Assembly: GCA_040386535.1 (NCBI GenBank)
Contig: JAZKFH010000055.1
Coordinates: 1-64,000 of the forward strand
DNA length: 64,000 nucleotides
Direction of reading: 5' to 3'
Origin: Myxococcota bacterium
GTDB lineage: Bacteria; Myxococcota_A; UBA796; SXON01
Shown: positions 46,360-56,282 of the stretch, piece by piece
Position numbering within the stretch: position 1 is the stretch's first letter
Layout: every line of letters begins with the position of its first letter
The notes under the pieces: generated by a model
Databases searched by the model: none
Told to the model about the DNA's origin: nothing
The model's input: the letters and a program-made list of their open reading frames with translations, nothing else
Program-made: the position numbers and the translations under genes

Positions 46360-48752
46360 TACGCGGCACCTCCGTCGCGACGACCGAGGGGCACGATACC
46401 TGCTCCTCGGCCGACGTCGAGCACACGGTAGCCCTCCCAGGTACGGAGAAAGATTGCGCGGGGCGCCTGCCGGTCGGTCCAGAGGGGGGTGAGGGTGAGC
46501 GGGGCCTTTTGGAGGGCCCGTTCGATGGGATCCTTGGCGATGCCGGGGGCAACGGCCAGCGCCTCCCCGGCGCGCAGGCCGCCGACGGGATCCCCATTCT
46601 CGTCCCGGGCGGCGACGGGGGCCGCGAGCGCGGCGGCGGCCCGACCCAGGAAGTCGGCGATCGCCCGACCGGCGGCTGTCTGGGCGGGCTCGTCGGCGAG
46701 CAGGCTGCGGGTGCCGAGGGAGCGGACCTGTTCGCGGCTCGCGCCGTCGATGGGGACGGCGTCGCCGCAGGGCACGTCGGGCTCCCCGTTGTCCGGCGGC
46801 CACGCCGCGGCCAGGAGGCGGGAGGCCCACACGTCCGGATCGCTCGCCTCGCGGCAGCGGCCGACCCACTGACTCACGTAGTGGGACGGGAGCAGCGGGC
46901 CGTGCAAGAGGTCGGGCTCGCCGACGAGGCCGCCGAGATCGTCCAGGGCGGCGTCCGCGGCGGGGGGGACGCCCATGGCGACAAGAGCCTGGCGCGCGCG
47001 GTCGCGGGCGCTGGCGATGGTGAGCTGCATGGCGGTGACGCGGGCCAGGGCGCCTTCGACGGCCAGCAGCGCGGCGCGACGGACCCGGTGGCGACGGAGC
47101 TCCAGCTGGTCGTCCGCTTGCCGGGACGTGCGGCCGCCGCCGCCCTTGCTCCAGATCGCGCGCAGCGCTTGGGTCCGCGCGGTCAGGAGCTCGCGGACCC
47201 TTTGGCGGGCGAGATTTCCGGCGAGCCAGCCCCAGCCGATGGCGACGAGCAGGCCGATGGCGGCGCCGGCGGCCCACGGGAGGAGGTCTTGCCACGGGAA
47301 CGGTGCCATCGCAGCAGCTGCGGTCACGACAGGCGCGACCATCGTGGGGGAGGGCATGACGGGCGCGCCCGCGGCGGAGGTCGTAGCGTGGCCGAGCCCG
47401 GCGATGACCACCGTTGCCAGCCCGCCCACCGCGATCCCCACTGCGGCCGCGCCCGTCCGAACGAGCCCCGGGGCCGGCAGCGCTGCGACAGCGGCCTCGA
47501 GCTCGACCCGGTGCGGATCCGGCGGCGGTCCGTCGGGCCCCGCGCCGAGGAGGCCCACGCGAGTCTGCTGGTCGCGGAGCTGCGCGGCGACCTGCTTCAG
47601 GCCGAGCTCGATCTCCAGCAGCGGCTTCAGCGACTCGCGGCGCAGATGCCCGCCGAACAAGCCCGCGATACGACCATGGATCCCGCGCACGAGCTGCGCC
47701 TCCTCGTTGTCGAGGTGGCGGAGGAGTGCCTCCAGCTGGCCCTGGTCGACGCCCGTGAGCGTGCGGTCCTGGGTGGCAGGCGCGAAGAGGACCGCGTACC
47801 GTTCACGGATCCGCGCGCCCTCCTCGAACGCGCCCACCCGTACTCTGTCCGGCAACCCCGACGCTGCCCCTGCGAGCGTCGCGGCGAGCTGGCGGCAGCG
47901 CTGGGCGGCCTCGGAGGTGTCCTCGAACGGGCGCACCCACTCCACATGCTCGAGGCTCCGCACCGCGGCGAGTCCTTCGGCGGGATCGGTCACCGGGCGG
48001 GCTTGCACGCGCGCGACCAGCGTGGAGAGCGCATCGTAGGCGGCGCGCTGCACGGCATAGTCGCGGATCCGGGCCTCGGGAACATCCAGAGACGCGACCG
48101 AGAAGAACGCCACCTTCGGCTCCCCGGCGGGGAGGTGGGCGAGACGGCGGCTCACCGGGTCGCTCTGGCGCAGCCCCGATCCCACCAGCGCGACGGCGAA
48201 GGAGGCACAACTCGCGAGCACCACGCTCGCGGCGAGCGGCCCGGCGAGGGTCATTTGCGAGAGCAGCCAGATCCGCGCCAGGAGTGGCGGCGCGGACCCG
48301 CTCTCCACCCACCGCTCGAGCTTGTAAACGCGGTCGAGGGCGCGGCGGGCCACGTCAGTATCGCCGAGCGGAGGTAGGACGAGCACGACGTGGAGCGCGG
48401 CGTTGCGCTGCTCGGGGGGCCGCGACAGGTCGAACATGACCCGGTAACGGTCGTGAACCACCCGCGTGATCTGCTCGGCGAGCACCACCAGATCGTCGTC
48501 ACCGCCCGCGAGGACGTGTTGGAACGCGAGCAGATCGAGCCGTCGCTCCGACTGCTCAGTGGCGAACCTACCGGCCTGGAGGAGCTCCTTCAGGACAGGC
48601 CCCAGCCGCTCGCCGGCCTCGCCCGCGACGGGCGTCGCCACACGGCAGATCAGCTCGTCTTCGCCCGAGAGAGACGACTCGATCCGCTGCAGCACGCTCC
48701 CGCCGAACGCGCCCACTCCCACGAGAACGGTGGGGTTGCTCATGACCGGCAC
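46359..48752 (-). CDS. Degenerate FtsZ/tubulin-like N-terminus, coiled coil and two TM helices
   Basis: TVLVGVGAFGGSVL start but no GGTGSG loop. Start either GTG 48752 or ATG 48743. Confidence 0.6.
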   Translation of the reverse strand: MPVMSNPTVLVGVGAFGGSVLQRIESSLSGEDELICRVATPVAGEAGERLGPVLKELLQAGRFATEQSERRLDLLAFQHVLAGGDDDLVVLAEQITRVVHDRYRVMFDLSRPPEQRNAALHVVLVLPPLGDTDVARRALDRVYKLERWVESGSAPPLLARIWLLSQMTLAGPLAASVVLASCASFAVALVGSGLRQSDPVSRRLAHLPAGEPKVAFFSVASLDVPEARIRDYAVQRAAYDALSTLVARVQARPVTDPAEGLAAVRSLEHVEWVRPFEDTSEAAQRCRQLAATLAGAASGLPDRVRVGAFEEGARIRERYAVLFAPATQDRTLTGVDQGQLEALLRHLDNEEAQLVRGIHGRIAGLFGGHLRRESLKPLLEIELGLKQVAAQLRDQQTRVGLLGAGPDGPPPDPHRVELEAAVAALPAPGLVRTGAAAVGIAVGGLATVVIAGLGHATTSAAGAPVMPSPTMVAPVVTAAAAMAPFPWQDLLPWAAGAAIGLLVAIGWGWLAGNLARQRVRELLTARTQALRAIWSKGGGGRTSRQADDQLELRRHRVRRAALLAVEGALARVTAMQLTIASARDRARQALVAMGVPPAADAALDDLGGLVGEPDLLHGPLLPSHYVSQWVGRCREASDPDVWASRLLAAAWPPDNGEPDVPCGDAVPIDGASREQVRSLGTRSLLADEPAQTAAGRAIADFLGRAAAALAAPVAARDENGDPVGGLRAGEALAVAPGIAKDPIERALQKAPLTLTPLWTDRQAPRAIFLRTWEGYRVLDVGRGAGIVPLGRRDGGAA

Positions 48753-51700
48753 TAGCCGCTCACCTCGGCGTCGAGGCCGCGAGCGGCCTCCCGCTCTTCT
48801 TCGATGAAGCGGACCTCAGCATCCCGGCCCTCGGCGTTCGCCTTGCCGTAGGCCCGCTTCAGGCGCTCCTGCAGAGCGCCGAGCTCGGCGCGCAGCCGGC
48901 CGCGGCCGCCGGTGTCGACGCGGAGCTGGCCCCATTGCCGGACGGCGTCCTCCTCGATGTCGGTGCGGAGCCCGGGCTTCAGCGCCTCGTAGCCCTGGAA
49001 TGCCACGGCGCGCTCCTTGCCGAGGGTGCCCCGGGCACCCGACGACGACCAGGAGAGGACGCCGTCCTCCTCGAGGATACCACCGAAGAGGTTCACCAGG
49101 GTGAACGCCCGTACCCGGCGGGCACGCTCGTCTCGCTGCCGGCGCACCTCGTCCTCCTGCACGCGCCGCTCCTCGGCCCGCCGGATCTCCAGCGGATCGA
49201 GGTCGGGCAGCCCGGGCTCGGACTCCCACGCGGCCTCGATGTGGAGGGGGTAGGAGCGGGTCTTGTCATCGCGGACCTTGCGGTAGGCCGGGTACAGGAC
49301 CGAGGCCACGTTCTTGAACCAGTAGACCGGCACGCCGAGCTGCGCACGGTACAGGACCAGCGAGTCGCGCTCCTCCCAGTCCGGCAGGAGCTGCACTCCG
49401 CTCGCGACGCGGCGGAGGATGCTGCCGAGCGCCCCGGCCTCGTCCGTCGCGAAGCGGGAATGCAGGCCCGCTAGGAACACGTCCGCGGGGCGCACGGTGG
49501 TATCGCCGCGCTTGCTGTGGTCCATCTGCGCGAGCAGCACGCAGTCGTCGGTGACGCGCTTCAGGCGGTCCTCGAGGCCGCGCTCGACGCGGCGGGCGTC
49601 CACGGCGGCGATCGTGTCGTCGAGCTTGCCTTCGCGTCGCAATGCGTCGAAGTCGACGCCGTCGTCCAGGCACGCAATGTAGCGCTGCTCGAGCTCAAGG
49701 GCGGAGCCGAGATCCAGGTTCATCGACTCCAGGGCGCGGGCGTAGACGTCGTTCGCCTGGGCGCCGAGGCGGTCCTTCACGACCGCCACGATCTCGCTCG
49801 CGTCGCGCTCCCGGAGACGGCCGTCCGCGTCACGTGCCGGGGCGAACGCGGTCGTCACCTCCGCGAAGATCTTCTTCGTGTCGAAGAGCGAGGCACGGTC
49901 GAGGCGGTGGGCGTAGAACACGTTCCAGAGCCGCTCGCGGCGCCGGTCGTCGCGGAGGGCCTCCGCGTCGAGGTAGTACTGGGCGACGTCGGAGGTGGGA
50001 TCGGCCCCCGGGTCCTTGCGAAAGCGCTCGGTCGCAGCCTCGGTTTCCCGGGCCGTGAATTCGGCCACTTGGGAGACGTTCCGGAACGCCGAGAGCAGCG
50101 TGCCGCCGACCTCGCGCAGCTTGCCCTCGAAGGTCCGCCAGAACGTCCGCTTCAGGTCTTCGCGGTGCTCCTGGGCGAGGTCCTGGTAGAAGCCGATCGC
50201 GCGCTGCTTTGCGGCGCGGAACGCGGCGTTCTCACGGTCGACGATCTTGGTGAAGAAGCCAGGGTTCGCGTGGGTGGCGAGGTCCGTCTGGAGCCTGGCC
50301 TTCTCGTCCTGCACGCCCTGCCCGTCGATGTCCCGCCTGCCGCCCGCCTCCTGCTTGAGGAAGCCCTCCTCCTCGTCCTCGGTCGGCGCGATGAAGGCCT
50401 CGCGCAGGAGCTGGATGAGGAAGTAGCGCTGGGCGATCGGGTTCACCTCCATGTCGTTGAAGAAGCCCCCGAACGTGCGGCCGTTCGTGAGGTCGGCCAC
50501 CTGTGCCTCGAGGTAGCCGCGAACCTTCGTCTGCGACTCGGCGAAGTCCTTGCGGAGGTTCGCGATCGGCCGCTCGATCGAGGGGTTCCCCGGGCTGATC
50601 ATCTGCGGCTCGATGTCGTTCACGGCGATGAGCTCCGTGAGCCGCTCGTAGATCTGGGCGAGCTTCGCCCGGAACGCGACGGGGATGCTCCGCGCGTCCT
50701 TGGCCGTCTGCGCCTGGATCGCCGAGAAGACGCCCTTGATGTTGGAGCGCTCCTCGTCCTGGGCGCGCCACGCGACGTAGGCCAGGAACTTGTCGTCGAT
50801 CTGGCGGTCCTTGACCGCGCGATCCTGCTGTTCGAAGGCGGGGTCCCCATAGTTGACGCGGAACGCCGGATCGTCCCCGCCGAAGCACAGGTAGTCGCGG
50901 AAGGCCCGCGCGACGTAGCGCAGGCTCGCGTACTTCACGATGTCGCGACGCGGCAGGTGGAGGATCGCCGTGCCAAACGCCGCGTAGTGCACGGAGAAGT
51001 GCCCGTTGGCGAGCTTCTTCTGGTGCTTGTCGTAATTGTCATACTCGCCGGCCTGGGCCCCGAGGAGCGGCGAGAAGATCTGCAGGAACGAGGCGTCGGC
51101 GACGGCGTGCTCGTAGCGCTCGATGGATACGCGATCGGGGCGGTCGACGATGTAGGTGAGGCTGAAGGGGCGATCCTTCACCATGCGGTGTTCGGGCTTG
51201 CCCGGGTCGTAGTGGAATTCGATCTCCTCCTGGCCGCCCTCGTAGCCGAGCTGGCGGGTGAGGTATTCCAGCTCTTTGAGGGCCGCGTAGCCGTTCGCCA
51301 TGATGTCGGCCTGGAGCTCGGGCTTCACCTTGTCGAGGAACGTGGTCGGCATCGACAGCACGCCCACCACGTTCGGGCGGCCCCAGCCGTTGTCGAGCAC
51401 GACATCACGAAGCAGGTACGCCATCGGGATGAAGCCGCCCGAGCCGGTGCCACCCGCGATGGAGGCGTAGAGGACGACCTGCACCACGCGGTCGGCGTTG
51501 TCGCGCCAGGGGTTGTCTCGGCGGGTCGCCTCGTCGAGCACCTCGGCGAGCTTCTTGCGGATGCGGGCGCGGTTGTCGTCTTCGAGGTTGTAGTACAGGC
51601 CGAGGCGGCTCTCGATGCGGATCTGGCCGGCGCCGGCTCCCTGGGCCCCGCGGAACTTGTAGTTCTGGGGGATCCACTGGGTGACCATCGTGTCCTCACG

Positions 51701-51967
51701 CTCCTCCAGCTCGCCGCGCTTGCGGGCCACGAAGGCCTGGCGATCGAACGCGGAGACCAGGAAACGGTTCTCGCCCGGGACGTTCCGCTGCTTGTCGAGG
51801 TCGTCCTTGTTCGTGTCGATCGCGATGAAGTGGGTCATCGCGGAGATGCGGTCCCAATTCGGGTGGCGACGGAGCTTGCCGGCGAGGAGGTTGACGATCT
51901 TCCCCCCGTTCCCGCCGAGCCCGACGAACAGCGTCGGCTTGAACTTGTCCTTGGCGATAATTCCCAT
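48752..51967 (-). CDS. FtsZ/tubulin-like GTPase (Tubulin_2/FtsZl type) with a long helical C-terminus
   Basis: LFVGLGGNGG, IDT, GAGQIR, SIAGGTGSG, ANGYAALKEL. ATG at 51967. Confidence 0.9.
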   Translation of the reverse strand: MGIIAKDKFKPTLFVGLGGNGGKIVNLLAGKLRRHPNWDRISAMTHFIAIDTNKDDLDKQRNVPGENRFLVSAFDRQAFVARKRGELEEREDTMVTQWIPQNYKFRGAQGAGAGQIRIESRLGLYYNLEDDNRARIRKKLAEVLDEATRRDNPWRDNADRVVQVVLYASIAGGTGSGGFIPMAYLLRDVVLDNGWGRPNVVGVLSMPTTFLDKVKPELQADIMANGYAALKELEYLTRQLGYEGGQEEIEFHYDPGKPEHRMVKDRPFSLTYIVDRPDRVSIERYEHAVADASFLQIFSPLLGAQAGEYDNYDKHQKKLANGHFSVHYAAFGTAILHLPRRDIVKYASLRYVARAFRDYLCFGGDDPAFRVNYGDPAFEQQDRAVKDRQIDDKFLAYVAWRAQDEERSNIKGVFSAIQAQTAKDARSIPVAFRAKLAQIYERLTELIAVNDIEPQMISPGNPSIERPIANLRKDFAESQTKVRGYLEAQVADLTNGRTFGGFFNDMEVNPIAQRYFLIQLLREAFIAPTEDEEEGFLKQEAGGRRDIDGQGVQDEKARLQTDLATHANPGFFTKIVDRENAAFRAAKQRAIGFYQDLAQEHREDLKRTFWRTFEGKLREVGGTLLSAFRNVSQVAEFTARETEAATERFRKDPGADPTSDVAQYYLDAEALRDDRRRERLWNVFYAHRLDRASLFDTKKIFAEVTTAFAPARDADGRLRERDASEIVAVVKDRLGAQANDVYARALESMNLDLGSALELEQRYIACLDDGVDFDALRREGKLDDTIAAVDARRVERGLEDRLKRVTDDCVLLAQMDHSKRGDTTVRPADVFLAGLHSRFATDEAGALGSILRRVASGVQLLPDWEERDSLVLYRAQLGVPVYWFKNVASVLYPAYRKVRDDKTRSYPLHIEAAWESEPGLPDLDPLEIRRAEERRVQEDEVRRQRDERARRVRAFTLVNLFGGILEEDGVLSWSSSGARGTLGKERAVAFQGYEALKPGLRTDIEEDAVRQWGQLRVDTGGRGRLRAELGALQERLKRAYGKANAEGRDAEVRFIEEEREAARGLDAEVSG

Positions 51968-51993
51968 CTGCCGCCCCTCTACTCGAAATACGA

Positions 51994-54078
51994 TTAGTCG
52001 AATCTCACGTGGAGATTGCCGACGCGGTATACCACGCCGGGTGTGTAGCCCAGGGAGAGCTCGCCCGTCTCGACCGGCTCCCATTTGGCGGTCCGGCGAT
52101 TCTTCTTCTCCAGGCCGTTCGTCTTCTTGAACCGGGTGCTCCCGCCCGCGCCGGCCTCGAGCACGAGGATCGCGAGCCCGGGCTTGCGGAGGAAGTCGCC
52201 GTCCGCGGAGAGGCAGGCACGGCCGTCGCGGTAAAAGCCTCGCCGCCCGCCCGGCTGTTCGCGGAGGACCAGCGCTGTGCCACGCTTCAAGCCGGCTTCA
52301 CTCCCGGCGATTCGAACGGTGGCGGCGGGGTCGAAATCATGGGGCCGCAGGAAACCCACGACGAGCCACAGCCCGGTGAACGTGCCGACGGTGCCCGCGA
52401 TCCACGGCCACCAGCAGCGGAAAAAACCAGTGGCGTCGATGGCGAAGGAGACGGGGACGCGCACCGCGCCGGGCGCGTAGTGGGGGTTCGCCCCGACGAG
52501 CGTGACGGACGGGGCCCCGGTAGAGGATGCGGCGTCGCAACAGCCTGGTGCCTCGACGCACACCTCCCACCGCTGGGGCTGGCCACGATTGGCCCCGACC
52601 GTGGCCTCCGAGCCGGCGACAGGCGTGCACGTCGCCACCAAGGGGCCCTCGCCCTGGCCTTCGAACCCTGCCGGCGTGCAGGTGATCGGCACCCGATCGG
52701 CGTTCTTCGACCCCGATAGATCCAGCGTGGCGCAGCGCCGGGTGCCCCCCCGTTCGCCTCTCCACTGGCCGAGGTCGATGGGGTTGGGGTTGACGGCGAG
52801 GGTGAGGTCGAGGAACCCCTCCACGGTCACGGGCCGGCGGGCCGACAGATCGAGCCATGTGTTGGTGAAGCGGACCTGGGCTTGCACCGGGCGTCCGTCC
52901 ACGGAGGGGCCGGTAGGCGACCAAGCGCCGCGGAAGTGACCGTCGCCGCTGTGGGTGAGGAGGACCTCCTGCCCGTCGACCTCCAACACCGCGCGGAACC
53001 CGTCGGCGGCAAAGAACGCGGCGTCATCGAAGGTCTGCCCTCGGAAGAGCAGCTCGGCCTCGATCGGCACGGTGTCGCCGACCTGGGCGCGCGGCGGGAT
53101 GACGAGGGAGGGGACGAGGTCGTAGCGGAGGATGACGCCGTACTCCACGTCGCCGGGGGCGGCCGGCACGGAGAGCGTCCACTGGCTCGGAACGGTCGGG
53201 TCGTTCGGCGCGCGGAAGACGACGTAGTGGCGGCGCGGATCGTCGCAGATCTTCGGAGCGTTCGCCAGCGCCACGTCACGCGGACAGCCGTTGTCGCCGG
53301 ACGCCTGCACCGGCACGCTCCCCTTAGGCCCGGCGAGCGCCGCGGTGTAGGCGGGACCGGGCTCCGTGGAGGCGGTCATCGCGAGCACCTCGACCACGAA
53401 GCGGGGCACCGCGAAGGTCTTCGAGCCACCGCTCGCGAGGGTGCCGACCTCAGGGCGGGAGCCGAGCGCCCGCGCGTAGCCGTTGGTGAACGCGCGCAGC
53501 ACCTGGTTCGCGTCGTTCATGAAGGTCAGCGCGTCGGGCGTGCGCGCCATCGGCCGCAGGAAGATCTCGCCCTGGGCGCGCGCGTCGTCGCTGCCGAACA
53601 GGCCGAGGATCACGGTGTCGAGCGCGTCGTTCGTCTCCAGCCCGGCGATCCGCGGCGACTCGTCAGGCTGCACGTCGCTCGGAGCGCCGTCCGTGAAGAA
53701 GAGGAGGAGCTTCTTCTCGCGGTCGGAGGCTTCGAGGCGGCGTCGGGCCTCCTCGAGCGGGCGGCGAAAGAACGTGCCGCCGCTGTAGGGGAGGGCGCGG
53801 ATGGCGGCGGCGTCGGTGACGACGGGCGGCGCCGCCTTTTCGTCGACGCCGAAGCCGATGACGGTGACCCGATCGGTCGAGCCGCGCGCGAGTCCCTCGA
53901 CGACGAGGGTGCCGAGGACCGCGGCGCGCTCGGGGTCGTTGGGGGGAAGCACTTGGTTCGTACCGTCGACACGGGCGCCGGCCGCCATCGAGCACGAGGT
54001 GTCGAGGACGAGCGCCATCTCGACGCCGGGCGAGGCGTGGGCGGGGCCCGCGAGTAGCGCGAGAAGGGACGGAATCAT
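51994..54078 (-). CDS. Exported vWA-domain membrane protein
   Basis: Signal peptide MIPSLLALLAGPAHA; MIDAS DTSCSM...T...FTDG; TM helix; cytoplasmic tail. Confidence 0.85.
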   Translation of the reverse strand: MIPSLLALLAGPAHASPGVEMALVLDTSCSMAAGARVDGTNQVLPPNDPERAAVLGTLVVEGLARGSTDRVTVIGFGVDEKAAPPVVTDAAAIRALPYSGGTFFRRPLEEARRRLEASDREKKLLLFFTDGAPSDVQPDESPRIAGLETNDALDTVILGLFGSDDARAQGEIFLRPMARTPDALTFMNDANQVLRAFTNGYARALGSRPEVGTLASGGSKTFAVPRFVVEVLAMTASTEPGPAYTAALAGPKGSVPVQASGDNGCPRDVALANAPKICDDPRRHYVVFRAPNDPTVPSQWTLSVPAAPGDVEYGVILRYDLVPSLVIPPRAQVGDTVPIEAELLFRGQTFDDAAFFAADGFRAVLEVDGQEVLLTHSGDGHFRGAWSPTGPSVDGRPVQAQVRFTNTWLDLSARRPVTVEGFLDLTLAVNPNPIDLGQWRGERGGTRRCATLDLSGSKNADRVPITCTPAGFEGQGEGPLVATCTPVAGSEATVGANRGQPQRWEVCVEAPGCCDAASSTGAPSVTLVGANPHYAPGAVRVPVSFAIDATGFFRCWWPWIAGTVGTFTGLWLVVGFLRPHDFDPAATVRIAGSEAGLKRGTALVLREQPGGRRGFYRDGRACLSADGDFLRKPGLAILVLEAGAGGSTRFKKTNGLEKKNRRTAKWEPVETGELSLGYTPGVVYRVGNLHVRFD

Positions 54079-56282
54079 CCGGGGTCCACCTGGAAACAGG
54101 TGCTGCCGGCGCGGTAGATCGCGCGCGGCGACGGGGCGTGGCCGGTACGGCCGTCGGGCACGTCCTTCCAGGAGCGGGTGCGCGGGTCGTAGACCTCGAC
54201 GGGGACCGACGCCAGGAGGATCAGGCGATTGGGCCCGCGCGTCGCCCGCAGGCGGACCAGCGCGTTGCGCGTGCGGCCGTTCACGTCCCCGTCGGCGTGC
54301 AGGCCGAGCGCGGCGTCCCGGTAGAAGCCCGAGGACGCGCCGGGGCACTCGACCAACACGAGCGCGCTGGACTTCTTCAGGCCCTTCTCCGAGCCGGCGA
54401 CCTTCACCGTCGCGGACGGGGAGAAGCGCGCGGGCCGGAGGACGCCGAGCAGGAGGAGGCCGAGCAGGGACAGCACCGCGGACGGGCCGAGCCAGACGCC
54501 GTGACAGCGGTACCAGGGAAGACCGGTGACCTGCCACCGGAGCGCGACAGTCTTCTGTTCAGCGGCGAATTGGGGCGTGAGCGGCATCACGCGCAAGCCG
54601 GCGTCGGGCGGCGAGCGATCGGCCGCGCAGCGCGGCACGTCCAGGCAGAGGAGGAAGAACGGGTTCAACGGATCGAGCGCCGCCACCTGCCGGACGGTGC
54701 CGAGGTCCATCTTGTCATTGTCGCCGTTCGCGTTTCGGTACCCGAAGACGGGCCGCGCCTCGCACGTGCCGCTGCCGACGGCCTCAAGCTCCCAACCGTG
54801 CTCCATTGCCGCCTGTGACCGGCTCATGTCGAGCGGCTTGCAGGTCTCGCTCCAGGGCGTCCCTGCGGCGACCGTGCCGAAGTCCAGCACGTCGTCCAGC
54901 ACGAGCTTCAGCGGGAGGCGCACGCGTACCTCTACCGGCGGCATCACGACGGGTGTGCCGGCGGTGCCGCCTACCGACGCGGGCACGATCTCCAGGCGCC
55001 AGGAGTGGCTGCCGACGCTCGTGTACACGCCGTCGAAGCGGTACCGGTCATCAGAATGCGTAGACGAACGGGCGAGCTCGGCGCCGTTGTCGTAGAGGAT
55101 TACGGCGGTGGCGGGGTCGGCGAGGAGCGCGTCCACGCGCTGGCGGGCCGCGCCGCTCTCGGGGCGGACGAGGCTCACCACCCCGCCGCAGGGCAGGCCG
55201 ACGTAGCAGACGCCGGGCAGGTCGGAGACGTCGAAGCCGATGCCGATGTCGCTGACCGTCGCCTGGGCAACGGCCTTGCCGGGGCAGACCACGCGCCCCC
55301 CCGCGTTGCCGCCCGCCCGGATGGTGAGGGCGCGAGGGGTGGGGGAGGGGGGCGGTGTCCACGTGGCCTGGAGGTTCGCGTCGGCGGGCAGGGTCACGTC
55401 TGGGGTGCCGGCAAGGCTCACCGTGAACGTGAGCGAGGGGGACCCGGCAGTGCTGGAGGGGACCGGCACCTGGTCGGCCTTGTCGAAGAGGGCGGCGCTC
55501 AACGAGGTAGGCTGCCCGCTCGCGAGGGCCGCGCCGGCGGCGGGGGCGAGGACGCGGGCGCGGAAGGCGCAGACGTCGACGGTGAAGGCCAGTGGCGCGG
55601 AGGTGGGCCCGCCCATCGTCTCGTTCTTCGCGAGGGTGGGGGTGTCCGGGACGAACGTGACGGTGGGGGCCGCGGAGGCGGGGAGGACGATGTCGGCAAC
55701 GACCCTGCCGTCGGGCCGGATGCGGGCGGGGACGATCCTCGCGGGGCCCACGCCGTCATCGACGACGAAGTGTCCGCCCGCGATGGGGTGCACGGCGCCC
55801 TGGTCGTCGCGCAGGCTCGCCTCGATGGTGACGGTGTCGTCTACGCTGTAGGGCCCCGGCGAGACGTGGTCGATCGTCGGGCGCAGCACGGTCGGGGCTG
55901 GAGGCGGCGCGACGCGATCCTGCCCGTCCACAACGTGCTGGAAGATTGTGTCGGCCTTGGCGTGTTTTGCGCACAGCGGCGACTCTGGGTCGAGCGCCCG
56001 CCAGGTCGGGTTGCGGGAGAGGAACGACGACTGGCACGTGCTGTCCTGCTCGTCCCAGCAGCTCCAGCATCGTGTGCCGTCCGTCACGAAGTTGTGATGG
56101 TGCCATGCCCCGTGCACGTTGCTCTGGGCGGGCTGGCCGCAGGCATCGGCGTTGTTCGGCGGTGTTCCGTCGTAACCACCGACACAGTAGGTCACGCCGA
56201 GCTGGAAGAGGGCGTCCAATGGCCCGGCGTGCGCGGGCGGCGCCGTGGCAAGCAGCCCGATGAGGAGCGGGGTGGCGGACAT
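54075..56282 (-). CDS. Exported Cys-rich membrane protein; C-terminus paralogous to the neighbouring vWA protein
   Basis: Signal peptide, beta-rich body, TM helix, tail VAGSEKGLKK...GFYRD. Confidence 0.75.
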   Translation of the reverse strand: MSATPLLIGLLATAPPAHAGPLDALFQLGVTYCVGGYDGTPPNNADACGQPAQSNVHGAWHHHNFVTDGTRCWSCWDEQDSTCQSSFLSRNPTWRALDPESPLCAKHAKADTIFQHVVDGQDRVAPPPAPTVLRPTIDHVSPGPYSVDDTVTIEASLRDDQGAVHPIAGGHFVVDDGVGPARIVPARIRPDGRVVADIVLPASAAPTVTFVPDTPTLAKNETMGGPTSAPLAFTVDVCAFRARVLAPAAGAALASGQPTSLSAALFDKADQVPVPSSTAGSPSLTFTVSLAGTPDVTLPADANLQATWTPPPSPTPRALTIRAGGNAGGRVVCPGKAVAQATVSDIGIGFDVSDLPGVCYVGLPCGGVVSLVRPESGAARQRVDALLADPATAVILYDNGAELARSSTHSDDRYRFDGVYTSVGSHSWRLEIVPASVGGTAGTPVVMPPVEVRVRLPLKLVLDDVLDFGTVAAGTPWSETCKPLDMSRSQAAMEHGWELEAVGSGTCEARPVFGYRNANGDNDKMDLGTVRQVAALDPLNPFFLLCLDVPRCAADRSPPDAGLRVMPLTPQFAAEQKTVALRWQVTGLPWYRCHGVWLGPSAVLSLLGLLLLGVLRPARFSPSATVKVAGSEKGLKKSSALVLVECPGASSGFYRDAALGLHADGDVNGRTRNALVRLRATRGPNRLILLASVPVEVYDPRTRSWKDVPDGRTGHAPSPRAIYRAGSTCFQVDPG

